Of a stretch of 64,000 bases of DNA, positions 9,133-19,551 are shown in pieces. This DNA comes from an uncultured Gemmatimonadales bacterium (GTDB lineage: Bacteria > Gemmatimonadota > Gemmatimonadetes > Gemmatimonadales > Gemmatimonadaceae), in NCBI GenBank assembly GCA_963701965.1, contig OY969695.1, positions 3,552,001 through 3,616,000 of the forward strand, read 5' to 3'. Position numbers and translations under genes: made by a program. Position 1 is the first letter of the stretch; every line of letters starts with the position of its first letter. The notes under the pieces were generated by a model. The model did not search any database. It saw only the letters and a list, made by a program, of their open reading frames with translations, and was not told the DNA's origin.

Positions 9133-10704
9133 ATGTCTGCGACGGCGCTCCCGATTCCTGCCGACCGGTACGCGAACAAATGGCTCATCGCATTTGCCGT
9201 GACACTCGGCGCCGTGATCGAGCTGATTGACACGAGTATCATTAACGTCGCGCTGCCGCACATCAGCGCGAACCTCGGCGCGACCATCGAAGAAGTGACC
9301 TGGGTGTCGGTCGGCTACATCCTCGCGGCCGTGATCGTGCTCCCGATGACCGGTTGGTTGTCCGCGTTCTTCGGCCGCACGCGTTACTACGTCGGCTCCA
9401 TCATCCTGTTTACCATCGCGAGCTTCCTGTGCGGCGCCTCGCGCTCGCTGGACATGCTGGTGCTGTGCCGGATCATCCAGGGGATCGGCGGTGGCGCGCT
9501 GATCGCGACGTCGCAGTCGATCCTCTACGAGAGCTTCCCGCCCGACGAGCAGACGCTGGCGGCCGCGATCTTCGGCATCGGCATGATGATCGGCCCGGCG
9601 ATCGGGCCCACCCTCGGCGGCATCATCGTCGACCGGTACGATTGGCCGTGGATTTTTTACATCAATATTCCCATCGGGTTCCTGGCGACCGTCATGATCC
9701 TGTCGTTCGTCCGGGATCCGGTGCACGAGCACAAGGCCGGGCGCTTCGACTTCGTCGGGTTTACGCTGTTGGCCGCCGGGTTGGGCTGCCTCCAGTTCGT
9801 GCTCGAGCGCGGGGAACATTACGACTGGTTCGAGTCCCCGCTCATTCGCTCGCTGACGGCGTTTGCCGTCATCATGCTGTCGGTGCTCATCTGGTGGGAG
9901 CTGACGACGGACCAGCCGATGATCAATCTCCGTCTGCTCCGCCATCGAAACCTGGCCGCGGGATGTCTGGCCATGGCGGCCGTCGGGCTCGCGTTGTACG
10001 GGAGCATCTTCGCCGTTCCGTTGTTCACCCAGAACCTGCTCGGCTACGACGCGGCCACGACCGGTTGGGTGCTGTTCCCCGGCGCCGTCGGCAGCGCGGT
10101 CGCAATGTTTGGCATCACGCGCATGCCCAAAACTATCGACCGGCGCTACATCACGGTCACGGGCGCCTGCATCCTCGTGGTCGCCATGTTCATGCACTCG
10201 CAGTGGACGACCCAGTCCGGGCGTCCGGATATGTTCTGGCCGATCGTCCTGCGCGGGGTGGGCGCCGGGATGATGTTCGTGCCCTTGGCCGCGTCCACCG
10301 TGGCGGGGCTCAAGGGACCGGACATGGCGCAAGGCAGCGCGATGTTCAACCTCGCGCGCCAACTGGGCGGCAGCTTTGGCCTGGCGTGGCTGGCGACGCA
10401 ACTGACCACCGCCACGGCCATTAACCGGGGGAACTTGGTGTCCCACGTCACCATGTTCAATCCCGAGACGCAGCGCCGGCTGACGATGCTCACGGCCGCC
10501 ATGCGCACCCATGTCGGCGACCCAGTGCTGGCGGCCCGGCAGGCACAGGCGATTCTGGATCGCATGGTGCAGGGTCAAGCGCTGATGCTGACGTACGATC
10601 AGCTCTTCCGGGTCGTGGGCATCGTCATCTTCTGCTGCCTGCCACTACTCGTGCTGCAGCGGCGGCCCGCGGGTCCCGTCGAGGTGCCGACCGACTTGCA
10701 TTGA
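9133..10704 (+). CDS. DHA2-family MFS efflux transporter (EmrB/QacA)
   Basis: DTSIINVALP, motif A FGRTRYY, RIIQGIGGG, GPAIGPTLGG, WPWIFYINIPIG, many TM segments. Confidence 0.93.
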   Translation: MSATALPIPADRYANKWLIAFAVTLGAVIELIDTSIINVALPHISANLGATIEEVTWVSVGYILAAVIVLPMTGWLSAFFGRTRYYVGSIILFTIASFLCGASRSLDMLVLCRIIQGIGGGALIATSQSILYESFPPDEQTLAAAIFGIGMMIGPAIGPTLGGIIVDRYDWPWIFYINIPIGFLATVMILSFVRDPVHEHKAGRFDFVGFTLLAAGLGCLQFVLERGEHYDWFESPLIRSLTAFAVIMLSVLIWWELTTDQPMINLRLLRHRNLAAGCLAMAAVGLALYGSIFAVPLFTQNLLGYDAATTGWVLFPGAVGSAVAMFGITRMPKTIDRRYITVTGACILVVAMFMHSQWTTQSGRPDMFWPIVLRGVGAGMMFVPLAASTVAGLKGPDMAQGSAMFNLARQLGGSFGLAWLATQLTTATAINRGNLVSHVTMFNPETQRRLTMLTAAMRTHVGDPVLAARQAQAILDRMVQGQALMLTYDQLFRVVGIVIFCCLPLLVLQRRPAGPVEVPTDLH

Positions 10705-10732
10705 GCGGCGGCGGGGGAAACATTAGGCAGTC

Positions 10733-12076
10733 ATGCGGAGCCCAAGGATCGGGGGACCCGAGCCGGAGCCGGTCCAGACGGCGGTCGAGCATTTCGCCTT
10801 CTTCGAGGCGATGGCCGAGCTGGTGGAGCAGATCGAGCGCGACGGGTATCGCGCCGAGGATGCCGAGCACATGCAGCCGTACCTCGAGCTGCTCGCGGGT
10901 TTGCTCACCATGCGGCTGGTCGATCGCTGGGTCACCGGGGTCACGGGGGGATCGCCCCCGACGCTGCGTGAGCTGCAAAGCGCCCGAAAGGCCGTCCGGG
11001 ACGTCAATGCCGGCCCGATCCGTACCGCGCTGGGTGGGGTGCTGCGGGCCCTGACGGATTCGTGGGGCGCCCCATCCCGCCACGTTGGCGCCCACGCCTT
11101 CGCCTACGGGCAACTGTTGGAGGACCAACTCGCCGTGGGCATGGCCGCTGACGTTCAGCGATCGGTCATCGCCTGCGCCCAGGCGTCGGGCGATGAGGAG
11201 CTGCTGCCCAAGGTGTATCTGAGCCTGGGGAACAGCTATCGCATCGAGGGGCGCCTGTCGGAGGCCGAGCGCGCGTTTGGCCGGGCCGGCGCCACCGCCA
11301 ATCTCGTGCGGGACGATTACTCCGCGCTCTTGAGCCGGCACGGGCTCGCCTACGTCGTGTGGCAACGCGGAAATCTCCCGCGCGCTGGGGCGATGCTCGA
11401 CGCGCTCGTCCAGGACATCGAGGCTCTGATGCCGCGCGCGCCCGCGCTCCGGGACGTCTGGTGCAAGGCCAAGCATGACCGGGGTAACATCATGATCGTG
11501 AGGGGCGACTTCACGCGCGGGATCGCCGACGTGAGCAATGTGTTGGATGTCACGACCGATCCCAACATCCGCGGGCGCCTGCTGAATGATCTCGGGTATG
11601 CCTTCTTGATGATTGGCTGTCGGGGCGCGGCGCGCAATGCGTATCAGCTCACACTCGCGACCACGACGGAGCGCATGATTCAGGTCGTCGTTCGCATGAA
11701 CCTCATGGATATGGCCCGCGAGGATGGGGAAGAGACGGTGTTCGAACGCTGGCGGCGCGAGCTCGCCAGCGAGTCGCTCCCTCCGCACCGGGAGACGCAG
11801 TTCCTCGTGAATACGGCCGAGGGTCTGTACCGCTTTGGGCGGCGCGATGCCGCGCGCGACGCGATCGTGCGGGCCCTCGTGCTCGCCGAGCGTCACCAGT
11901 ACAACGAGTACCTGATCAAGGCGGAAGCCTTGCAGGCCGAGATCGAGGGCGGCCCGTGGACCCCCGGGACCGGTGCCCCAGCCACCGATGCCCGCCCTGC
12001 GTCCCCAGCGGTCGCCAAAGTCGTCGATCGCCTCCGCCTGATGCGTCAGTGCACGACCATGACCCCGTGCATGTAG
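10733..12076 (+). CDS. TPR-containing protein of unknown function
   Basis: TPR-like helices (LSLGNSYRIEGRLSEAERAF; LLNDLGYAFL); N-terminal domain shared with 15586-16231. Confidence 0.7.
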   Translation: MRSPRIGGPEPEPVQTAVEHFAFFEAMAELVEQIERDGYRAEDAEHMQPYLELLAGLLTMRLVDRWVTGVTGGSPPTLRELQSARKAVRDVNAGPIRTALGGVLRALTDSWGAPSRHVGAHAFAYGQLLEDQLAVGMAADVQRSVIACAQASGDEELLPKVYLSLGNSYRIEGRLSEAERAFGRAGATANLVRDDYSALLSRHGLAYVVWQRGNLPRAGAMLDALVQDIEALMPRAPALRDVWCKAKHDRGNIMIVRGDFTRGIADVSNVLDVTTDPNIRGRLLNDLGYAFLMIGCRGAARNAYQLTLATTTERMIQVVVRMNLMDMAREDGEETVFERWRRELASESLPPHRETQFLVNTAEGLYRFGRRDAARDAIVRALVLAERHQYNEYLIKAEALQAEIEGGPWTPGTGAPATDARPASPAVAKVVDRLRLMRQCTTMTPCM

Positions 12077-12462
12077 GGGTGAATCCCGCAATGGTAGGCG
12101 AATGACCCCGCCGTCGGCGCGGTCACGGCGATCAATGTGTTCGATTCCCCCCCGCTGGTGCCGACCGTGTCCGCAGTGCCGGGGTGGGTGGGGCTATCCC
12201 AGACGATCTCGTGCTTCACATCCTCGTACCTGAACGTCACGCTGGACCCGACGGCGACGGAGTCGGGCGTCGGCGTGAAGTAATAGTTGCAGCTCGGCGT
12301 GCTGCCGTACGCGCCGCCGCCGCCGGAGCAGACCGAACTGCCGACCGCCGTGATCGTTAAGCTGCTGCCGGACACCGGTCCGCCGTTCGGAGATGTGCTC
12401 GATCCACAAGCCCCGGCGACGACGGCCCCGGCGCCCATGGCTAGCGCGTACAGTTTTCTCAT
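12046..12462 (-). CDS. plastocyanin/azurin-like type-1 copper lipoprotein (cupredoxin)
   Basis: GGAGG SD, ATG 12462, lipobox AGAC, upstream His (KHEIVW) and YHCGIHPYMHG copper-ligand loop. Confidence 0.85.
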   Translation of the reverse strand: MRKLYALAMGAGAVVAGACGSSTSPNGGPVSGSSLTITAVGSSVCSGGGGAYGSTPSCNYYFTPTPDSVAVGSSVTFRYEDVKHEIVWDSPTHPGTADTVGTSGGESNTLIAVTAPTAGSFAYHCGIHPYMHGVMVVH

Positions 12463-12582
12463 GATGTTCCTCCGGAAAGTGAAAATGGCCCCGGCTAGAA
12501 CGTAGACCCTCTCCGGCAACCCCCGGTGGGTTCTGGGGTGAGCATCTACTGCGATGTGGCGGAGAGCTATTATCCTCAGGCC

Positions 12583-14211
12583 ATGAAAACTGAAAGCCGC
12601 CGCTCGTTCGTTCTCTCCGGTCTGGCCACCGGAGCCGTGGCGCTGACCGGTCTCCCGCGGTTGCCCGATCGACGCAATGTGCCGGCCGAACAGGACTTCG
12701 CCCTCGCCGAGGCGACCGTGGCCCAGCTGCAAGAGGGCATGCAGTCCGGCCGTCTGACCGCGCGCAGTATCGCCGAGCAGTACTTGGCGCGCATGGACCA
12801 GGTCGACCGCCAGGGGCCGGCGATTGGCGCGGTGATCGAGCGGAATCCCGACGCCCTCAGGATCGCCGACGCGCTCGACGCCGAGCGCAAGGCCAAGGGC
12901 CCGCGCGGTCCGCTGCATGGGATCCCGGTGTTGATCAAGGACAACGTCAGCACCGCCGACCGCATGCAGACCACGGCCGGCTCGCTGGCGCTCGTCGGCA
13001 GCATGGTGCCGCGCGATGCCTTCATCGTCGCGCGGCTCCGCGCCGCGGGCGCGGTCATCCTGGGGAAGACGAACCTGAGCGAGTGGGCCAATTTCCGGTC
13101 CAGTCACTCCACTAGTGGATGGAGCGGCCGCGGCGGCCAGACGCGCAACCCCTACGCGCTCGACCGGACGCCGTCCGGCTCCAGCTCGGGCTCCGCCGCC
13201 GCGGCGGCGGCGAACCTGGCGGCTCTCACCATCGGGACCGAGACCGACGGGTCGATCCTGTCTCCGTCGTCCTGCAACTCATGCGTCGGTATCAAACCGA
13301 CCATTGGTCTCGTCAGCCGCGCCGGTATCGTGCCCATCTCCCACAACCAGGACACGGCCGGCCCGATCGTCCGGACCGTCCGCGATGCCGCGGTGCTGCT
13401 CACCGTGCTGGCGGGCATTGATCCGCGCGACAAGGCGACGGCGGCGAGTCGCGGCAAGGCGTCGCCCGACTACACGGCGTTCTTGAGCGAGACCGGCCTG
13501 CGCGGGAAGCGCATTGGGATCGCCCGATCGCATTTTTTTGGTTACAGCTACGTTACCGACGCGATCGTCAACGGGGCCATCGACGCCATGAAGCAGTTGG
13601 GCGCCGAGATCGTCGATCCCGCGGACATCGTGACCGCGGGCAAGTACGACGACGACGAGCAGGAAGTGCTGCTGTACGATTTCAAGGCCGATCTCAATGC
13701 GTACCTCGCCGAGCTGGGCGCCGGCGCTCCGGTGCGCACCCTGGCCGACATCATCGCGTTCAACACGGCGCACCAGGACGCCGAGATGCCGTACTTCCGC
13801 CAGGAGCTGATGGTGCAGGCCCAGGCCAAAGGGCCGTTGACGAGCCCCAAATACGTGGCGGCGTTGGCCCGCTGTCATCAATTGGCCCGCGCCGAAGGCA
13901 TCGACCATACGATGACCCTCCACAAGCTCGATGCCATCGTCGCGCCGACCGGCGGGCCGCCGTCAATGATCGATCTCGTGGATGGCGACGGCGGGGGCGG
14001 CGGGAGCAGCACCACGCCGACCGCGGTCGCGGGTTATCCGGCGGTCACGGTTCCCGCCGGCTACGCCTTCGGGTTGCCCGTGGGTGTCTCCTTCATGGGA
14101 CGGCCATTTTCCGAGGGGAAGCTCTTAGCGATGGCCTACGCCTTCGAACAGGCGACCAAAGTCCGACGTCCGCCGGAATTCCGGCCAACGGTTGTGTTGA
14201 CGCAAACGTAG
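12583..14211 (+). CDS. amidase signature family enzyme with Tat signal peptide
   Basis: SRRSFV twin-arginine signal; GPLHGIPVLIKDN, GKTNLSEWAN, SGSSSGSA, GTETDGSI. Confidence 0.92.
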   Translation: MKTESRRSFVLSGLATGAVALTGLPRLPDRRNVPAEQDFALAEATVAQLQEGMQSGRLTARSIAEQYLARMDQVDRQGPAIGAVIERNPDALRIADALDAERKAKGPRGPLHGIPVLIKDNVSTADRMQTTAGSLALVGSMVPRDAFIVARLRAAGAVILGKTNLSEWANFRSSHSTSGWSGRGGQTRNPYALDRTPSGSSSGSAAAAAANLAALTIGTETDGSILSPSSCNSCVGIKPTIGLVSRAGIVPISHNQDTAGPIVRTVRDAAVLLTVLAGIDPRDKATAASRGKASPDYTAFLSETGLRGKRIGIARSHFFGYSYVTDAIVNGAIDAMKQLGAEIVDPADIVTAGKYDDDEQEVLLYDFKADLNAYLAELGAGAPVRTLADIIAFNTAHQDAEMPYFRQELMVQAQAKGPLTSPKYVAALARCHQLARAEGIDHTMTLHKLDAIVAPTGGPPSMIDLVDGDGGGGGSSTTPTAVAGYPAVTVPAGYAFGLPVGVSFMGRPFSEGKLLAMAYAFEQATKVRRPPEFRPTVVLTQT

Positions 14212-14244
14212 CCCTGGCACGACGACTGCAGCAGGGAGTCTTTC

Positions 14245-15096
14245 GTGCTGATCGCTGATCGTCTCTCAGAGTCCGAGTGGAGCGCACGGGTCGGTGCGCT
14301 CCTCGGTGACGAAACACAATATCCCGAGGTCGAGGGGGCTTTTCCCTCCTCGACTTCCGCTTGGCCCATCCCCCGGGAACTGGGCCGGGTCCTGGCCCGC
14401 CTCGTGGTGCAGCTCGATCGGCGCAATGTGTTGGAGTTCGGCGCGGGCGCATCATCAATGGTCTTTGCCCAGTCATTGACCCGCCTCGGGGGTGGGCGGC
14501 TGACATCTGTCGAAGAGGACCCCCGCTGGACCTCGGCCCAATGGGCGTTCGTCTCCAACATGCTGGGCGTCGATGCGCACCTGGTGTCGTCCCGCGTGGC
14601 GTTCCGGTTGCGCCGTGAGGGCATGTACCACGGGTATACCGCCGAGGCGGAGGCGGTGATCGCCCGCCGGGCGCCGTACTCGTTGGTATTGATCGATGCA
14701 CCGGATGGGTACATCGGCCGGGATGGCGCGCTGCATCTGGCGTTCCCCTACCTGGCGCCCGGCGCGCTCATCGTCGTCGACGACGCCAGGCGCCGAAAGG
14801 AGCGGGACACGATCGCGCGCTGGCGCGCGACGTACCCGGGACTCCTGCTGCTCGCCGACGATCCGGCCCTGGGCCATGGCACGGCCATCCTCGGCTATAC
14901 CGGGGATGCCACGCGGCTCGTGTCGCCCCGCGCCATGCTCTCGAGCGCCATTCGCGAAGCGTATGCGTCCGTGCGGACGCTGTTCGACCCGCTCCCGACA
15001 CCGCCCGGAACCCAGGTGGTCGACGGCGTACAACTGGGTCATGACGATCAGCACAGTCCGGCCTACCCCGCGCTTCGTCGAAGTCGCGACAACTGA
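14245..15096 (+). CDS. class I SAM-dependent methyltransferase
   Basis: VLEFGAGASS motif I, LTSVEED, LVLIDAP, LAPGALIVVDD. Confidence 0.75.
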   Translation: MLIADRLSESEWSARVGALLGDETQYPEVEGAFPSSTSAWPIPRELGRVLARLVVQLDRRNVLEFGAGASSMVFAQSLTRLGGGRLTSVEEDPRWTSAQWAFVSNMLGVDAHLVSSRVAFRLRREGMYHGYTAEAEAVIARRAPYSLVLIDAPDGYIGRDGALHLAFPYLAPGALIVVDDARRRKERDTIARWRATYPGLLLLADDPALGHGTAILGYTGDATRLVSPRAMLSSAIREAYASVRTLFDPLPTPPGTQVVDGVQLGHDDQHSPAYPALRRSRDN

Positions 15097-15589
15097 CCAC
15101 GTGATCGGCCCGGCCAGCGCGCCGGTGACCCTCCTCATGTACGGCAATTACGAGTGCTTGCACTGCCGCCGGGCGTATCCCGCGGTGGCCGCGCTGCGCG
15201 CCGAGCTCGGTGCGCGGCTGCGCTTCGTGCATCGCCACTTTGCGATTTCCGCCGATTTCCCGCACGCCGAGATGGCGGCCGAGGCCGCGGAGTCAGCGGC
15301 GGCCCACGGAAAGTTCTGGGAGATGCACGAGGCGCTCTCCCTCCACGCGCCATTTCTCGATGAGCCCGCACTGCTCGCCGAAGCGGCCCGCATCGGGTTC
15401 GACATCGGGACGCTGGCTGGCGATCTCGATGCGCGCCGGTATCAGTCGCTGGTGCGTTCGCGCACGACCCAGGCGATCGAAGCCGGCGTGTGGAGCACGC
15501 CGACGTTTTTCGTGAACGGCGCGCACTTCGAAGAGGCGTGGGACCTGGAGAGCCTCGGCGCGACGTTGCGTCGTCTCGGCCGGGCTTAA
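15041..15589 (+). CDS. DsbA/thioredoxin-fold oxidoreductase
   Basis: DHVIGPASAPVTLLMYGNYECLHC (CxxC), GKFWEMH, GVWSTPTFFVNG. Confidence 0.88.
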   Translation: MTISTVRPTPRFVEVATTDHVIGPASAPVTLLMYGNYECLHCRRAYPAVAALRAELGARLRFVHRHFAISADFPHAEMAAEAAESAAAHGKFWEMHEALSLHAPFLDEPALLAEAARIGFDIGTLAGDLDARRYQSLVRSRTTQAIEAGVWSTPTFFVNGAHFEEAWDLESLGATLRRLGRA

Positions 15590-16231
15590 CCCGCCGTCGC
15601 CGCGGCGCGCAGCGCCAGCGCGCGTATCAATGGCACGCCCGCGCGCTCGGCGGCGCCGATCGTTTCGTTGAGGATGGCGTGGGCTTCGTCCGTGGCGCCG
15701 CGGCGCGACGCGACCGTCGCTTCCGCGACGCGCAACCGCAACTCGCCGACGACGTCGCCGCGCGTCAGCGCCAACGCCCGACCGGAGCGGAACGACTGCG
15801 TGGCTTCATCGAAACGTCCCAGCGCCCGGAGGCACTCGCCCGCGCGCTCGTACGTCTCGGCCACGTCGGATTCATCGACGGGCATCTCCGCGTGCGTCAG
15901 CAACGTCTCGTAGACGTCGGCGGCCAGCGCCCACTCCTCGAATGTCCTGCAGGTGACCCGCGTAGCGCGCCAGACCGGCAATGAGGCGTGGCCGCCGGCC
16001 GCTGATCGCGGCGCCGAGCAGCGCGAGCAAGGGCGCGCGGAGCGGCGAGTCGCGCCGGAGCTGGCCCACGGCGCGGCGCACGCGCCAGATCTGGCGCCAC
16101 GTCGGTTTGCGTCCGCCGGCGCGCGCGTCGGCGAGACGCACGGTCACGAGACCGGCCGCGGTCGCGCGCCAGGCGGCGCTCTCCGGCGTTTGCCGGTTCA
16201 AGACTTGAAAGAAGGGGAAGTGTGATGTCAA
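15586..16231 (-). CDS. shorter paralog of the 10733-12076 TPR protein, split by a frameshift near 15945
   Basis: ORF 15872-16231 (HFPFFQVL..AGLVTVRLAD..PTWRQ) continues in ORF 15586-15981 (FEEWALAADVY..AGECLRALGRFDEA). Confidence 0.65.
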
Positions 16232-16348
16232 AGGCTCTCAAGAATTGGCGGTGGCTCTGCAATGAAATGACGCGTACGCGCGTCGCGCGCTGCATGCCTC
16301 AGGAAGCGGGCATCGCGCGGTACGCGCGACGCCGGTAGATTTCCGCCA

Positions 16349-17596
16349 ATGAAAAGACGAGTCGTCGTCACCGGGATGGGCGCCCTGACGCCGATCGGGA
16401 ATACGGTGCACGAGTTCTGGACCGCCGCGCTGCGGGGTGAGAGTGGCGCCACGCCTATTACGCGGTTCGACGCGTCGGCGTTCGACACGCGCTTCGCGTG
16501 CGAGCTCAAGGGTTTCGATCCGCTCGAGTTCATGGATCGCAAGCTCATCAAGCGTCTCGACCCCTTCTGCCAATACGCGATCGTCGCCGGCAATGAGGCG
16601 CTACGCGATGCCGGCCTCGACCCGGCGACAATGTCGGCCAATGAGAAGGCCCGCTGCGGCGTGATCTTCGGCAGCGGCATCGGGGGCATTCAGACGCTGC
16701 AGGCGCAGTCCAAGGTGTTTCAGGAGAACGGTCCGCATCGTCTCTCGCCGTTTTTCGTGCCCATGATGATCTCGGACATGGCCGCGGGCATCATCTCGAT
16801 TCGCCACGGGTTCACGGGTCCCAACCACTGCGTCGTGTCGGCGTGCGCGACCGGCAATCACAACATCGGCGATGCCTTGGCCGCGATCCAGTCCGGCGAC
16901 GCGGACATCGTGTTATCCGGTGGCAGCGAAGCGGTGATCTGCGAGCTGGGCGTCGGTGGGTTCTGCGCGATGCGGGCAATGTCCACGCGCAACGATTGTC
17001 CGGCGATGGCGAGCCGGCCGTTCGACGCCACGCGCGATGGGTTCGTGATGGGCGAGGGCGCCGCGGCGCTGGTGCTGGAATCGCTCGAGCACGCCCAGGC
17101 GCGGGGCGCGCGGATCTACGCCGAGCTGCTGTCCGTCGGCGCGTCGGCCAATGCGTTTCACATGACGGCGCCGCACCCGGAGGGATTGGGAGCGAGATTG
17201 GCCATGGCGGCGGCGCTGCGCAATGGCGGGATTGGCTTGGACGAGGTCGACGCCATCAACATGCACGCGACGTCAACTCCGCTCGGCGACGAGTCGGAGT
17301 CGCGCGCCATCCGCACGCTATTCGGCGCGCGGGCCAATGCGATCACGGCGACATCGACCAAGAGTATGACGGGCCACATGCTGGGCGCCGCGGGTGCCGC
17401 GGAAGCGATCCTCTCCATCCTGAGCATTGTGCACGGGGTCGTGCCGCCGACCATCAACGTCCGGCAGCCCGATCCGAAGTGCGATCTGCGCTTCGCGTTC
17501 AATACGCCCGTCGAGCGCCCGGTCCGCATCGCGCTGAGCAATGCGTTCGGGTTCGGTGGGCACAACACCACGGTGGCATTCAGAGCCTTCGAGTAG
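16349..17596 (+). CDS. fabF: beta-ketoacyl-ACP synthase II
   Basis: RRVVVTGMGALTPIG, SACATG, SRPFDATRDGFVMGEG, HATST, KSMTGHMLGAAG, SNAFGFGGHN. Confidence 0.95.
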   Translation: MKRRVVVTGMGALTPIGNTVHEFWTAALRGESGATPITRFDASAFDTRFACELKGFDPLEFMDRKLIKRLDPFCQYAIVAGNEALRDAGLDPATMSANEKARCGVIFGSGIGGIQTLQAQSKVFQENGPHRLSPFFVPMMISDMAAGIISIRHGFTGPNHCVVSACATGNHNIGDALAAIQSGDADIVLSGGSEAVICELGVGGFCAMRAMSTRNDCPAMASRPFDATRDGFVMGEGAAALVLESLEHAQARGARIYAELLSVGASANAFHMTAPHPEGLGARLAMAAALRNGGIGLDEVDAINMHATSTPLGDESESRAIRTLFGARANAITATSTKSMTGHMLGAAGAAEAILSILSIVHGVVPPTINVRQPDPKCDLRFAFNTPVERPVRIALSNAFGFGGHNTTVAFRAFE

Positions 17597-19551
17597 CCGT
17601 CGCCGCCGCGCTGCGGCGGGACTCGGAACGCCTGGCGATCGAGCACGGCGTCCGCACGGCGATCGTCACGGTCGCGCCGCTGATCGCCGGCGACTGGATC
17701 GGACACCCGTTGGCGTTCGCCTGGGTCTCGCTGGGCGGTTTTCAAGCGGCGCTGGCCGACAATGGTGGGCCCTACCGATCCCGGGCCGCGGCCATGGCGA
17801 CCGTGGTCTTCGGTGGAGGCCTCGGCTGCCTCATCGGATCGCTGGCGGGACTCTCTCCGTGGCTCGCGGTGCCGTGGACGTTTGCCGCGGCGCTCCTCAG
17901 CGGGATGGTGCGGGTGTACGGGAACAATGGCTCGGTCGTCGGTCTGGCGAACCTGGTCGTGTTTCTCGTCGCCGTCGCGTCGCCGCTCCCCACGCTCGCC
18001 GCCGCGGGGACGCGCGCCGGCCTGTTTGTCGCCGGCGGCGCGGCGTCCGGTGTCCTGGCGCTGCTGCTGTGGCCCTTTCATCCCTACCTGCCCGCGCGGC
18101 GGCCGGTCGCCGAAGTGTGGCGGATGTTGAGCGCCCGGATCGTCGCGACCAATGGCCTCCCGTCCAATCACGAGATTCGCGAGCAGTTGGAGGAGGCCAA
18201 TCGGCAGTTGGTCGCCGTGCGGGCATCGCGCGATGGGACGACGCGTCGCGGGGAGGCGCTCCTGGCGACGCTGGTCGGCGCCGATCGGACGTTCGGTGTC
18301 GTCAACGGTGTGCCCGACGTGCTGGCGACCACCGGGGTCGCCCCTCCTCCCGTGCTCGGCGACGCATCGGTGGTCGCGGCCTCGATCGCCAATGTCGTGC
18401 TGGGGAAGCGCGCCGCGGCTGACACCAGTCGACTGGCCTCGGAGCGCGCGGGTCTTCCCGGGGACGCCACCAGGGTCCTCGAACACCTGACATCAGAGAT
18501 CGGTATTGCGGCGGCGGTCGCCGTGGGGATCGATCACGACGTGGCGGCGCCGATCAACGTCCACGGCGCCGGGGGCCGGCCGCACCCGCGCACTTTCTCC
18601 GACGTGTTCCTCGCGCCGCTGCGCGCCAGCTGGGCGCCCGGGTCGCTGGTCGCGCGCCATGCGCTGCGGCTGGCCGTCGGTGTCACCGGGGCGCATCTGC
18701 TCAGCACGGCGTTGGGACTGCCGCGGGGATACTGGATGACGCTGACGACGGCCGTCATCCTGCAGCCCTATGCCGGCGCCACAATGCATCGCGCGCTGCA
18801 GCGCGTGATCGGCACGATCCTCGGCGGTGTCCTTGCTGCCGCGTTGACCACGGTGGTGCACGGGGCGCTGGCAGTGTCGCTCGTGTTGGTGCCGCTCTGC
18901 GTCATGACGATCGCCGCACGGCCGCTGGGCTATACGTGGTTCGTGATGTTCCTGACGCCGCTCTTCGTGATCATCACGGAGGGAACGCACACCGATCCGC
19001 GGTTGGCGTTCGTGCGCATGTTGAATACGCTGCTCGGCGGCGCGCTGGCGCTTGCGTCGGGCGCGGCGCTGTGGCCGGATTGGGAAGGGGACTCGCTCAA
19101 CGACGCGCTGGCGGCGGCCGTGCAAGCCGTGCGCGCCTATCTCCGGGCGGCGCTCACGGGCGCGCCGTCGACGCCCGCGGCGCGGCGGGCGTCGGGGTTG
19201 GCGAGCAACAATGCCAATGTCGTGCTCCAGCGCATCGTCAGCGAGGGCGACCGGTCGGCGGCGCGGGTGGCGCCCGGTCTGGCCCTGGTCACGTTCGTGC
19301 GCCGACTCGCGGCCACCACCAGCGCGCTCGTGGCGCTCCGCGCGCCGGAAACGTTGGGTCCGTTCAGCGATGCCGCGGACGCGGCGCTCGCCGACATGGC
19401 CCAGGCGCTCCAGCACGGCACCGCTCCGGCGCCCGCGGTCGATCTGGCGTCGGCGAAACCGAGGCAGCTCTCATCGCCCACCGTGAGTGCGTTGCTCGAC
19501 CAGATCGCGCGCCAGATCGACGTGCTGCACCACGCCATCGCCGCGCGCTAA
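17593..19551 (+). CDS. FUSC/YccS-like membrane protein; start uncertain
   Basis: Hydrophobic N-domain (ADNGGPYRSR), second domain RHALRLAV..GYWMTLT..LQP..RALQRVIGT..LWPDWE; no canonical start near the fabF stop. Confidence 0.8.
   Translation, partial: VAVAAALRRDSERLAIEHGVRTAIVTVAPLIAGDWIGHPLAFAWVSLGGFQAALADNGGPYRSRAAAMATVVFGGGLGCLIGSLAGLSPWLAVPWTFAAALLSGMVRVYGNNGSVVGLANLVVFLVAVASPLPTLAAAGTRAGLFVAGGAASGVLALLLWPFHPYLPARRPVAEVWRMLSARIVATNGLPSNHEIREQLEEANRQLVAVRASRDGTTRRGEALLATLVGADRTFGVVNGVPDVLATTGVAPPPVLGDASVVAASIANVVLGKRAAADTSRLASERAGLPGDATRVLEHLTSEIGIAAAVAVGIDHDVAAPINVHGAGGRPHPRTFSDVFLAPLRASWAPGSLVARHALRLAVGVTGAHLLSTALGLPRGYWMTLTTAVILQPYAGATMHRALQRVIGTILGGVLAAALTTVVHGALAVSLVLVPLCVMTIAARPLGYTWFVMFLTPLFVIITEGTHTDPRLAFVRMLNTLLGGALALASGAALWPDWEGDSLNDALAAAVQAVRAYLRAALTGAPSTPAARRASGLASNNANVVLQRIVSEGDRSAARVAPGLALVTFVRRLAATTSALVALRAPETLGPFSDAADAALADMAQALQHGTAPAPAVDLASAKPRQLSSPTVSALLDQIARQIDVLHHAIAAR

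Noticed and set aside
15041..15096. 56-nt overlap between methyltransferase and DsbA-like gene
   Set aside because: Could be a non-conserved tail or another indel; cannot be resolved from sequence alone.
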